DNA from: Candidatus Babeliales bacterium
GTDB taxonomy: Bacteria; Babelota; Babeliae; Babelales; JANWKD01
Direction: 5' to 3'
DNA: 64,000 nt
Assembly (NCBI GenBank): GCA_963701665.1
Contig: OY969622.1
Span: 352,001 to 416,000 of the forward strand
Shown: piece by piece, positions 1 through 8,444 of the stretch
How positions within the stretch are numbered: the first letter of the stretch is position 1
Layout: the number at the start of each line of letters is the position of its first letter
Program-made: the position numbers and the translations under genes
Notes under the pieces: generated by a model
The model's database searches: none
What the model saw: only the letters and a program-made list of their open reading frames with translations
What the model was told of the DNA's origin: nothing

Positions 1-240
1 TGTTTCTGTAGGTGCGTTGTAGTGAGGATTCCGAATGAAAAATTCGCGAATTAGGTCTCGATTATTGTAATGAGGATTATCAGATAGAATCTCTTGGGCT
101 TTTTTAATTACTAGAGGAACTAATTGTTCTGTTGCAGAATTTTGAAAATTTTCCTCCATTGCAGCAAGAAAGCTAATGCTTGAGAAAATAATTAAAACAA
201 TTGTTTTTTTATTAATAAAAATATTTCTGATTTGTTCTAT
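1..240 (-). CDS. Hypothetical secreted protein, 3' end truncated by the window edge
   Basis: Hand translation of the minus strand is open from 240 to 1: IEQIRNIFINKKTIVLIIFSSISFLAAMEENFQNSATEQ... It has a signal-like N-terminus. The only candidate start after the AGGA RBS is a non-canonical ATA at 240. Confidence 0.5.
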   Translation of the reverse strand, partial: MEQIRNIFINKKTIVLIIFSSISFLAAMEENFQNSATEQLVPLVIKKAQEILSDNPHYNNRDLIREFFIRNPHYNAPTET

Positions 241-249
241 AGCTTTTTC

Positions 250-486
250 CTAATTAGAGTTTTTAAAAGATGAGGCAGTTTCCCATATCTCAGTGCTTAT
301 ATTAAATGCTGGCCTAACAAGGTTGAGAAAACGATATACTGAAATCCTATCATGTTGTAACACATTATTAATAAATTGAATCGACATGCCGATTTCAATA
401 TTATCTCCTTTGCATTCATCTACAGCAAATTTAAGATCGTCATTTAATAGCCGTATATATTTTTCGGTCTCTAAATTATTTATCAT
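250..486 (-). CDS. Hypothetical protein (~78 aa)
   Basis: ORF track 250..552; the ATG at 486 (MINNLETEK) is preceded by AGGA and is the more likely start. Confidence 0.5.
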   Translation of the reverse strand: MINNLETEKYIRLLNDDLKFAVDECKGDNIEIGMSIQFINNVLQHDRISVYRFLNLVRPAFNISTEIWETASSFKNSN

Positions 487-653
487 TTTTTTCCTAATGT
501 ATGTTACAACCAATTGTTTTTTAGCCCAAAGATAACTCTGACAATTTTTCAAATCAAGTTTCTGACGAAAAATTATTTACTTGATTTTATTTCCAAATCG
601 AATATACTCTCCCTTTGTAGTAATTGAAGTATCTCTTCATCAAAGGAACAATC

Positions 654-779
654 ATGTTCTTGCCTAACAGAACTCAGATTCTGTATCTCCCTTCACAAAA
701 TTGGCTTGCAATGGGCCTCATGGCTATTTATTTAGTATTTCGTGAGATTATTGAGCAAGATAACTGCTGCGCAGCTTAA
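654..779 (+). CDS. Small hydrophobic peptide (41 aa)
   Basis: AAAGGA RBS followed by MFLPNRTQILYLPSQNWLAMGLMAIYLVFREIIEQDNCCAA*; below the ORF track cutoff. Confidence 0.35.
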   Translation: MFLPNRTQILYLPSQNWLAMGLMAIYLVFREIIEQDNCCAA

Positions 780-879
780 CCCAATCGTTAGTTCCTAAAT
801 TCCAAAAATGGTTTTATAACCATAAAAATTTAAAAAAAGAAATTTAAGATATTTTCAAAAATATCTTGAGGAGATTTGT

Positions 880-1116
880 ATGAGAAATCCCCCTAGAGTA
901 AATATAATATTATCTGTTGATGATAGAAGAAACTTTGTTGATCTTTTTGTAATATTGATTGCGGTTGACAGAAGAGTTAACGCAAGAAATAAGCCTAGAG
1001 CAAAGAAAAGCACAAAAGCAAAAACTAAGCGCAAAGAAATAGGCTCGCAAGTGCGGGCCTTGTTTTTTGTTATCAATCGTATTACCATTGAGCTCTTGAA
1101 AGGTATCTTTTTTTAA
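880..1116 (+). CDS. Small basic protein / leader ORF upstream of rep
   Basis: GAGGAG RBS, 78 aa, ends 19 nt before rep. Confidence 0.55.
   Translation: MRNPPRVNIILSVDDRRNFVDLFVILIAVDRRVNARNKPRAKKSTKAKTKRKEIGSQVRALFFVINRITIELLKGIFF
1041..1071 (+). terminator. Hairpin plus T-tract inside the leader ORF
   Basis: AGGCTCGC-AAGT-GCGGGCCT followed by TGTTTTTTGTT. Confidence 0.45.
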
Positions 1117-1135
1117 AAGCTAGTGCAGACAACAT

Positions 1136-2245
1136 ATGATCGACACCATTGTTTTTATTCTCGGCAAAGATAGCTTTCAAATCATTCATCCTGATAAATT
1201 CCAGCCTTCTGCAGCACTCTTGTTATCAACGTATTCTACAATACAGGCAAAACAGAACCCAACACGTCATGAACTCCTGAAAGGGAACTATAAGCCTCGC
1301 TTAACGCTGCAAAAGCGCCTTGATGCAAATGGCCATTTAGATCTCGTGTTAAAGGTTGAGCTTTCTTTACCAAAGCTTTTATTTGGCAATAATGTTGATG
1401 AGCTTTGCTATAAAGATTTTCCTCTAGTCATCAAAAAATTAGCGGCTGTGTTGCAGGAAATGGGCATTGAGACAACAGCGCAAGCCCTAGAGCATGCACC
1501 GCTCTCTAGCGTGCATTATGCCAAGAACATTCCCTTAACGGACGGCTCTACGCCCTATCATTTCATTAATAAAATCAAAGAAGCAAACATTAAAATCTCT
1601 CTAGACACAAACCAAACTGATTATCGCAACGATGGCCACAGTTATAAATGGCATTGCAACTCATATGAAGTTGTTTTCTATGATAAGATTCAAGATTTGG
1701 AAAAAGCCAAGAAAAGCAGCAAGCGATCGATTGATAAAGATAGTGCAATGAATCATTCGCTTTTCCCCTTTTTCAGGAAAAGAAAGAAATTTGAGATCCT
1801 TCGGATGGAAGTTCGATTGAATACACGGAAAAAAATAAAACAGTTGTTTAAAACGCTGGGGATAAAATCTGATTTAACATTAAAGAAGTTATTTAAGCCT
1901 GCAATTGCAAAGAAGGTTTTGTTGTATTATTTAGATGAACTGGAGTCAAAAAGGCCTGCCTTGCTTGATTATAAGCCTGCTCATGAAAAGGCTTTGCTTG
2001 CTGACTTAGTTCTTAATAATCCAGAATTAAGCCCTCGACAAATTATCCAGCTCTTTGGCTTAAAGCAAGCATTCAATGTTATGAGCCCTAGAGAGTTAAG
2101 AATGATATTTGCAAAATATAATCAGCGAGCTTGGTATAGGCTGATGAGTGATGCAAAGAAAGTGAAGTTGCCGATTGCACATCGGCCTCTAGCAGTTATT
2201 CGTAAAGAGTTAGCAAAGTTTAAGACATTAAATATGAAATTTTAA
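1136..2245 (+). CDS. Putative rolling-circle replication initiator (phage gene II/X / Rep_trans-like)
   Basis: MIDTI N-terminus and ELSLPKLLFGNNV, FYDK and ILRMEVRL motifs typical of gene II/X-like Reps; mobile-element context. Confidence 0.6.
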   Translation: MIDTIVFILGKDSFQIIHPDKFQPSAALLLSTYSTIQAKQNPTRHELLKGNYKPRLTLQKRLDANGHLDLVLKVELSLPKLLFGNNVDELCYKDFPLVIKKLAAVLQEMGIETTAQALEHAPLSSVHYAKNIPLTDGSTPYHFINKIKEANIKISLDTNQTDYRNDGHSYKWHCNSYEVVFYDKIQDLEKAKKSSKRSIDKDSAMNHSLFPFFRKRKKFEILRMEVRLNTRKKIKQLFKTLGIKSDLTLKKLFKPAIAKKVLLYYLDELESKRPALLDYKPAHEKALLADLVLNNPELSPRQIIQLFGLKQAFNVMSPRELRMIFAKYNQRAWYRLMSDAKKVKLPIAHRPLAVIRKELAKFKTLNMKF

Positions 2246-2256
2246 ATAGGGATTCA

Positions 2257-2808
2257 ATGGATATATCAAAACGACAAGAAAATTTTGAGCGTGCTCGTGA
2301 ATATATGAAAAAGCATATTGGCGAGCCATTAACACATGAACTTATTAATTCTATCCATGCAGAAATGGAACAAGTTCATGGATATAGAACTGGATCAGGA
2401 GCACCACCAGTTAAGAATGATTCTAAAATAGTTTATTGGCCTCCTGTAAGTAATGTTGTGTATAGTATTCCAGCAGAAATGCAGAAGCTTCTTGAATTGC
2501 ATAATCGCTCTCAAGAGCCAGCTATAGAACTTGCAGCTAAATTGCATTGGGGAATTGTTAAGATACATCCCTTTCTTGATGGCAATGGACGGACTGCACG
2601 TATCCTTTTTTCCTTCGTGCTTCTTAATCATGGTTATGATGATAATGTATGTAAAAAACTAGAAGAACATTTTGAATCCAATAAGAAAGAATATTTTGAT
2701 GCTCTTGATGATGGCCAAATATCATATCTAAGTTATGATAATGCAAGTCAGCAATGGTTAGCATATGTATGCAAAGCATACGAAGAAGTTAAATCGTTAT
2801 TGTCTTGA
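2257..2808 (+). CDS. Fic family protein
   Basis: Canonical HPFLDGNGRTAR Fic motif. Confidence 0.9.
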   Translation: MDISKRQENFERAREYMKKHIGEPLTHELINSIHAEMEQVHGYRTGSGAPPVKNDSKIVYWPPVSNVVYSIPAEMQKLLELHNRSQEPAIELAAKLHWGIVKIHPFLDGNGRTARILFSFVLLNHGYDDNVCKKLEEHFESNKKEYFDALDDGQISYLSYDNASQQWLAYVCKAYEEVKSLLS

Positions 2809-2902
2809 AAATAATAATGATTAAATTTGTGAACAGCTGCTGCACAATTATAAATTTGAAGAATAGTTTAGGGTAAGACTTCAAAGAGTGCATTTAAGAG
2901 CT

Positions 2903-3253
2903 TTATTTATGCAAAGCAACTGCCTCATGTACGATTTTTGCGATTGTTTTTAGGGTAGGATTACCTTTTTTAGAGAAAGCTTGTGTAATGGTTGCTCTTG
3001 TTAGATTTGTCTTGGATGCGATGTGCGTTCTATTTACACATAAATAGGCATCCAATATTTCCATAAATGTTTCAGTGTCATTTTCGATTAAGCATTCTAG
3101 CAATGCTTTAGCAACTTCATTCTTATTTCTAAAAAATTCTGATGCTTTTGAAGCATGTAATTTTGATTCATCAATTTTAATGGGTTGCAAATCGTCTAAG
3201 GATAATACGTGCTTTTTTAATGTCTTTTTCTTGTTCATTTTTGTGTCCACCAA
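2903..3253 (-). CDS. Addiction-module antitoxin (HTH, HI1420-like)
   Basis: IASKTNLTRATITQAFSKKGNPTLKTI HTH signature; lies downstream of a RelE-like toxin. The start may be 3238. Confidence 0.8.
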   Translation of the reverse strand: MVDTKMNKKKTLKKHVLSLDDLQPIKIDESKLHASKASEFFRNKNEVAKALLECLIENDTETFMEILDAYLCVNRTHIASKTNLTRATITQAFSKKGNPTLKTIAKIVHEAVALHK

Positions 3254-3470
3254 TAATTAAAACAATTTTCTTATGACCAATACGACTAAAGTATACTCTC
3301 CAGCCATTCTTCCATCTTAATTCAGCAAGATTATCACCTAACGGTTTTGCATCGCCAAGGTGTTCATCGTGTTCTATACGACTTATTCGAGCTTTAACCT
3401 TGACTTGTTCTTTCTTGGTTAAATTATTCAACCAGTCTAAATAATCATCTGTTTCTTGGATTTGTATCAT
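3177..3470 (-). CDS. Type II toxin, RelE/ParE family (HI1419-like)
   Basis: ARISRIE..LGDAKPLG..LAELR..GWRVYF..GGHK..QEKDI signature. Confidence 0.85.
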   Translation of the reverse strand: MIQIQETDDYLDWLNNLTKKEQVKVKARISRIEHDEHLGDAKPLGDNLAELRWKNGWRVYFSRIGHKKIVLIIGGHKNEQEKDIKKARIILRRFATH

Positions 3471-3510
3471 GTTTTAGCCAAATAAAGAATTTATTACCTA
3501 TCTACTGACT

Positions 3511-3540
3511 ATTATATCATGCGCATATTATAATTGTCAA
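3511..3540 (-). promoter_or_regulatory. Sigma70 promoter and palindromic operator of the toxin-antitoxin operon
   Basis: Minus strand TTGACA-N18-TATAAT; the near-palindrome ATTATATCATGCGCATATTATAAT (3511-3534) overlaps the -10 element. Confidence 0.7.
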
Positions 3541-3557
3541 TGGTATGGTAAAAATTC

Positions 3558-3663
3558 ATAAGATGCAGGGTTTGGAACCTGTATTAATTCTTACATGGGT
3601 TCTGAATGCATCCATCAAGAGCCGGTTACTTCACTCCAGAAATAATACTTTGCTACAATGCTA
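3558..3663 (+). repeat. Imperfect direct repeat, copy 1 (~106 bp)
   Basis: ATAAGATGCAGG..CTGTATTAATTCTTA..GGTTCTGAATGCATCC.ATCAAGAGCC..TTCACTC..GAAATAATACTTT..GCTACAATGCTA matches 4775-4884. Confidence 0.85.
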
Positions 3664-3669
3664 ATGAAA

Positions 3670-4662
3670 TTACTTTATTAAAAAATCTTCTAATTCTGGA
3701 ACTATCTTACCGTTGAAAAATTCCTTAATATTCACAGCATCAGGCGGTATTGCTTGACCACTAGAATTCAAAATGAAATTCTCACCTAAAGTTTTTACAT
3801 TTTCATAACCAAGACTTTTCAATACTGGTAGAATGTTATCTATATGAACACCACCAGCCAAAATAAAAATATTGTCATTAATACTTTGATACATATTATG
3901 CATTATAAGAGCATTTAAAAGTTGTGAATCATAATAAAAGATTAAAGCTTCCTTCTTTTTTTCGGATGACCAATTTAAAGGAATTCTTCCATATGCTTTT
4001 TCTAAAGCATTATCGTATTGTTCTTTATATGTTAATAAAGGCAATATGTCTTTTAACGACTTCTCAGAATTTTTTAATGCCTCAAAAAAATCTTTACAGT
4101 CTTCTAAAATGGAATAGTAAATATCTAATATTTTTTTATAGTATGCATTGAGAATTTCATTATCATCATAACCTTTTATTTCTTGGGCAATTTTATTTGA
4201 AACATTTAAAGCAGAAGAAGCTTTTATATAGCCCCAGAGTGAAACTTTCTTAGGAGATCTGAATTCTACTGTTTTATTAACGATGCCATTATAATGACAA
4301 CGAGAAGCTAATGAATTAAGAGGACAGCCTGAGGCATCGTTTTTTACTTTCTCAAGTTCTTCTCGTGATCTATAATAATTTGAAGATTCATATTTTAAAG
4401 GATCTTCGAATATCATTTTCATTCCCTGATTGGTAGTGGCTTGATCTTCCACGATGACATTTGCATTTAATGATTTAGCTGATAATAAAATATCATTGGT
4501 TTGTGCATGACAGATGTTTAAGGGCACATCGCCATGAAAATCATAAAATAAATAAATGATTTTATTATTGTTTGGCAATTGGTCAATTTTATAGATGTAA
4601 CTAAAAGCAGGAAAAATAATATTACATAAAGATAATAAAATTATATAGAATTTTTTGCCCAT
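3670..4662 (-). CDS. Hypothetical exported protein (cargo gene)
   Basis: 330 aa ORF with GGAGA RBS and a Sec-type signal peptide; very AT-rich. Confidence 0.8.
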   Translation of the reverse strand: MGKKFYIILLSLCNIIFPAFSYIYKIDQLPNNNKIIYLFYDFHGDVPLNICHAQTNDILLSAKSLNANVIVEDQATTNQGMKMIFEDPLKYESSNYYRSREELEKVKNDASGCPLNSLASRCHYNGIVNKTVEFRSPKKVSLWGYIKASSALNVSNKIAQEIKGYDDNEILNAYYKKILDIYYSILEDCKDFFEALKNSEKSLKDILPLLTYKEQYDNALEKAYGRIPLNWSSEKKKEALIFYYDSQLLNALIMHNMYQSINDNIFILAGGVHIDNILPVLKSLGYENVKTLGENFILNSSGQAIPPDAVNIKEFFNGKIVPELEDFLIK

Positions 4663-4774
4663 TCTTGTCTCTCCATTTCAAATTGAAATAAGCTAAGGAT
4701 AGATGCCAAGATAATATTATAATTTAATTTTATAAAATTGCGGATCTTCTTGTCAAGCTTATAATAAATGGCCT

Positions 4775-4884
4775 ATAAGATTCAGGATTTTGAATCTGTA
4801 TTAATTCTTAAATTGGTTCTGAATGCATCCCATCAAGAGCCTGTAATTTCACTCTCGAAATAATACTTTTATGCTACAATGCTA
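4775..4884 (+). repeat. Imperfect direct repeat, copy 2, upstream of the recombinase
   Basis: Aligns by eye with 3558-3663; ends in an extended -10-like TGCTACAAT. Confidence 0.85.
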
Positions 4885-4929
4885 TGGTCTAAAAATTACA
4901 TAATAATCATAAGCATTAGAGTATTCATC

Positions 4930-6396
4930 ATGAAAGCTATTGTCATTGCTCGTGTCAGCACAGAAGAACAAAAAGAAGCGGGCTTGTCATTGCCAGCTCA
5001 AGTTATGCGCCTTGAGAATTATTGCAAAAGCAAAGATTTTGATATTGTTCAAAGCTTTAGTTTTGATGAGAGCGCCTATAAAGATGATCGTGCGGAATTT
5101 GATCGCATCTTTGATTTCATCATGCAGCAAAAAGAAAAGATTGCCATTTGTTGTGATAAAGTCGATCGGCTTTCTCGCAATATGTTTGATAAGCGCGTAT
5201 CATTTCTCTATGAAAAGGCATTGCGTGATGAAATAGAACTGCACTTTGTCTCAGATGGTCAGATCATTAATAGCCGCATTTCTGCATCTGCAGCAGAAAA
5301 ATTCCATTTTGGCATCAGCCTCGGTTTGGCAAAATATTATTCAGATGCCATTAGTGACAATGTCAAACGAGCGTTGGAGCAGAAATTACGAAAAGGCGAG
5401 TGGCCTGCAAAAGCGCCCTATGGCTATCAAAACGTGCGCTACGCCGATGGCAAAGCCGATATTATTGTTGATGAATATTCATCACGCATCATTCAAAAGG
5501 CTTTTGAACTCTATGCAACAGAAGCATTTTCAATGGATCTACTACGGCAGAAATTGAACAAAGAATATGGCTTGAATTGGTCGAAAGGGTATGTGGATCA
5601 TCTGCTTAAGCTGCAATTTTATTGTGGTATCATGGTCTGGAATGACAAAATGTTTCCTCATCGTTATCCGCCTCTTATCTCAACAGATCTTTTTAAGAAG
5701 GTGCAACAAGTGAAAATGAACTTTAACAAAAAGCCCGTCAAATATGCCGGCATGCCGTATATCTATCGTGGGCTCATTCGTTGTGCAGAATGCGACCTTG
5801 CTATAACGCCGGAAAAGCATAAAGGCTATGTGTATTATCATTGCACACAATATAACGGCAAGCATGGAGCGCAGTGGCTACGACAAGAGGAAATCACCAA
5901 GCAACTAGAAAAAGTTTTTAAGAATTTGATAATGCCACAAGAAATAGTGCAGCAAGTTGTAGCAACACTCAATGCTGTTCATTTGGAAAAAATCGAATTT
6001 CATAACAAACATTTTACGAGGCTTACTAAAGAACACAAAGAGACCACTAAAATGCTCGATTCTCTTTATATGGATAAACTCAAGGGGAGAATTACTGAGA
6101 GCGAGTATGACAGATTTTACACAACACTCCGTGATCAAATCACTGATATTGATATTCAACTAGGCCAATTACAAGAGGCTGAAGATAACTACTATATTAC
6201 GGCAAAATACATACTGGATCTATCAAGCCGAGCATATGAATTGTTTGTGAGTTCTGAAGTTGAGGAAAAACGGCAGCTTATCAAGCTTATACTATCGAAC
6301 TTAAGGCTAGAGGGGAAAAAGCTCGTATTTGACGCTAAAAAACCGTTTGATTTGATACTAGATTATGGGGATCGTCAAGCATGGTGTGCCCGATAG
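4930..6396 (+). CDS. Large serine recombinase (integrase)
   Basis: ARVST catalytic Ser motif, DRLSR, APYGY, CAEC..YYHC zinc ribbon and a coiled coil; runs into a tRNA. Confidence 0.92.
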   Translation: MKAIVIARVSTEEQKEAGLSLPAQVMRLENYCKSKDFDIVQSFSFDESAYKDDRAEFDRIFDFIMQQKEKIAICCDKVDRLSRNMFDKRVSFLYEKALRDEIELHFVSDGQIINSRISASAAEKFHFGISLGLAKYYSDAISDNVKRALEQKLRKGEWPAKAPYGYQNVRYADGKADIIVDEYSSRIIQKAFELYATEAFSMDLLRQKLNKEYGLNWSKGYVDHLLKLQFYCGIMVWNDKMFPHRYPPLISTDLFKKVQQVKMNFNKKPVKYAGMPYIYRGLIRCAECDLAITPEKHKGYVYYHCTQYNGKHGAQWLRQEEITKQLEKVFKNLIMPQEIVQQVVATLNAVHLEKIEFHNKHFTRLTKEHKETTKMLDSLYMDKLKGRITESEYDRFYTTLRDQITDIDIQLGQLQEAEDNYYITAKYILDLSSRAYELFVSSEVEEKRQLIKLILSNLRLEGKKLVFDAKKPFDLILDYGDRQAWCAR

Positions 6397-6458
6397 GATT
6401 CGAACCTATGACCTACGGATTAGAAATCCGTTGCTCTATCCAGCTGAGCTACGGGCAC
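6382..6458 (-). tRNA. tRNA-Arg(TCT)
   Basis: GTGCCCGTAGCTCAGCTGGATAGAGCAACGGATT-TCT-AATCCGTAGGTCATAGGTTCGAATCCTATCGGGCACACCA. Confidence 0.97.
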
Positions 6459-6522
6459 ATGGCTAAAAGATAAGATGTGAAGAAGTATATCTTAGAACAA
6501 AATTAATCTCAATGCTAAATAG

Positions 6523-6550
6523 AAAAAGCGGGCTTAAGTGCCCGCTTTTT
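6523..6550. terminator. Bidirectional intrinsic terminator
   Basis: AAAAAGCGGGC-TTAAGT-GCCCGCTTTTT. Confidence 0.85.
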
Positions 6551-6574
6551 GTTTACAATGAAAGAAAATTTTGT

Positions 6575-6730
6575 TTATTTATTTTTGCGATACACGCGTT
6601 CAGATTTAGGAAGTTTGCTTAATGTTTTTCTAGATCTTTTAACGAGGCCTTTTTTAGTTGCAACGCGCGCATTTCTTCCATGTTTTTTAGAATTGCGGCC
6701 TTTTCTTTTATTCATTGGCTTGCTTATCAT
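6575..6730 (-). CDS. rpmH: Divergent 50S ribosomal protein bL34 (51 aa)
   Basis: Hand translation MISKPMNKRKGRNSKKHGRNARVATKKGLVKRSRK...; HGxxARxATKxG matches the L34 core. It has an AAGGGG RBS and a downstream terminator. Confidence 0.65.
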   Translation of the reverse strand: MISKPMNKRKGRNSKKHGRNARVATKKGLVKRSRKTLSKLPKSERVYRKNK

Positions 6731-6784
6731 TTTGTTTCCCCTTTTTTATTGAAATATCTAACCCTTATAGAAGGATTTTTCTAT

Positions 6785-6812
6785 TTGACAATTTTAATAA
6801 AATCAATATACT
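6785..6812 (+). promoter_or_regulatory. Sigma70-like promoter
   Basis: TTGACA-N16-TATACT upstream of 6854. Confidence 0.55.
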
Positions 6813-6853
6813 AAAATCATACTGTAAATTACAATATATTATATGGAGACTCT

Positions 6854-7912
6854 ATGCTTTTTTTTACTAAAAAATTGTTTTTTCCCATGCTATGTGCCTT
6901 ATCGATTGCATTATTGCATCAATCATCGTGCGCAATGATACATATGCCTATAGAAACTCTTTATAAATCATGGTTTAAGCCAGATCGTCGCTTGCCAACA
7001 CTTGAGCAACTGAATATTGTTACCTTTTTGCCAATCGAGCATTGTGCAGATGAAAAAACGATTATTAATGAAGATACACATGGCCGCAGTGAAATTATAA
7101 AATTACTTGAAAAAAGGGAAGGAATAATCAAAGTCGGCGATAAACTGTATAGGGTTCACCGTGGCATTCCCGAAGAAATTAGCGCCATCAAAGAGCCAAT
7201 TAATCTCTATCTGGGTGGCGTTTCCAACGCATGTAACCCGCATGCTTTTTCCATCTATAAAGGAATCAAAGAGGGGACGATGCAAGGTGCTTGCGTAATA
7301 TTTGAATGTCCCGAAACTCGTCGTAGTTTTAATTTTTGCCAAGAACAAGATCTTCATTGTGTTGAACTTGCTTATAATGATCTTTTAAAAAAACATGCTG
7401 ATGCTCAAGTTATTTTAAAAGGTGGTTGTAAAGGAGCATCAGTTCTTTTGCGTTTTCTAGCAGAAAAAGCTGAAGCTGGTGATATTGATAGCTTAAAAAA
7501 TATTAAAGCGTTTATTGCGAGTTATCCTCCAATTTCAGTGAAAGATGCGTTAAAAGATATTCGTTATGGCGGAGCGCTGGGTTATTGGTTCTGTCGATTT
7601 ACCTTGCCAAATTATAATCCTCATGCAAAAACAATTTTTGATGCAACAGCTTTTCCTAAGGATATTCCTGTGCTTCTTTCATGCCTTCCACAAGGATTTG
7701 ATAGGATGACTGATCGTGATGAAATGGAACGAATCGAAAAGCATCTCACTTGCCTGGGGGCAAACATAGAATTCTTTGTATCTAAAGGTTTTGCAAAAGA
7801 TAGCAATGGCAAAGAGATAAAACTTGGCCATGGAAAATTAGGCAGGGCACAAGATTATCGAGAAACAGTGAAAGAATTTTTGGCAAAGCATACGTCACTA
7901 AAAGATACTTAA
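6854..7912 (+). CDS. Exported alpha/beta-hydrolase-like protein
   Basis: Signal peptide, GGCKG nucleophile-elbow-like motif, C-terminal GHG. Confidence 0.55.
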   Translation: MLFFTKKLFFPMLCALSIALLHQSSCAMIHMPIETLYKSWFKPDRRLPTLEQLNIVTFLPIEHCADEKTIINEDTHGRSEIIKLLEKREGIIKVGDKLYRVHRGIPEEISAIKEPINLYLGGVSNACNPHAFSIYKGIKEGTMQGACVIFECPETRRSFNFCQEQDLHCVELAYNDLLKKHADAQVILKGGCKGASVLLRFLAEKAEAGDIDSLKNIKAFIASYPPISVKDALKDIRYGGALGYWFCRFTLPNYNPHAKTIFDATAFPKDIPVLLSCLPQGFDRMTDRDEMERIEKHLTCLGANIEFFVSKGFAKDSNGKEIKLGHGKLGRAQDYRETVKEFLAKHTSLKDT

Positions 7913-8424
7913 TAAAGATTATTAATAAGCAATGCCTTGATTTGATTACTATCAACTAAGTTTGGATTAATTTCAAAAAAATATAATAATTGCCATGCTT
8001 GTGTTTTTATTGCCTGTGGACTTTTTGGTATATCCCACGATGGATAAACTCTCAATGCCCTTTTTCTATCCTGTTCGTTTTTGGATAAAATTTTATGCTC
8101 TAGTAATATATGTTTTGGAAAAATAAAGTATCCGAAGCGATTGCCATGCCGAGCATTAACTATCAATATATCAAATTGATCTTGTACATCATAAGGAATA
8201 ATAGTCCCAACTTTATTTCGTTTCCAAAAAGTTACAAATTGACCGACTTTGGTGGGAGTTATTTTTGCTGTTCTAAATTTAACAATATGATCTTGAAGCT
8301 TAAATTGACAAGCCCCATATTCTTGGCTTTCTTTTTCAATTATTACATCTGTACTTGTCATACCCATCGGTTCAAATAGATATTTTTGAGCAATAAGAAG
8401 TTCAGAATAAATATTTGCACTCAT
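7909..8424 (-). CDS. MepB family protein
   Basis: ESQEYGA..FRTAKITPTKVGQFVTFWKR..RALRVYPSW signature. Confidence 0.85.
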   Translation of the reverse strand: MSANIYSELLIAQKYLFEPMGMTSTDVIIEKESQEYGACQFKLQDHIVKFRTAKITPTKVGQFVTFWKRNKVGTIIPYDVQDQFDILIVNARHGNRFGYFIFPKHILLEHKILSKNEQDRKRALRVYPSWDIPKSPQAIKTQAWQLLYFFEINPNLVDSNQIKALLINNLY

Positions 8425-8444
8425 AGTTTTGCGTTACGATCTTT

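Larger units (their letters stand above)
1..6396. mobile_element. Integrated element inserted at tRNA-Arg; left boundary not seen in the window
   Basis: Rep, Fic, toxin-antitoxin pair and serine recombinase ending inside the tRNA 3' end. Confidence 0.75.

Noticed and set aside
2880..2902. Possible third copy of the 106-bp repeat (GAGTGCATTTAAGAGC)
   Set aside because: Similarity is too short and weak to support by eye.
1..6380. Left att site or inovirus structural genes
   Set aside because: No duplicate of the tRNA-Arg 3' end and no Zot/pI-like ATPase seen in the window, so the element is not called a prophage.
6549..6752. 67-aa hydrophobic plus-strand ORF
   Set aside because: Antisense shadow of the basic bL34-like gene, which has an RBS and terminator.
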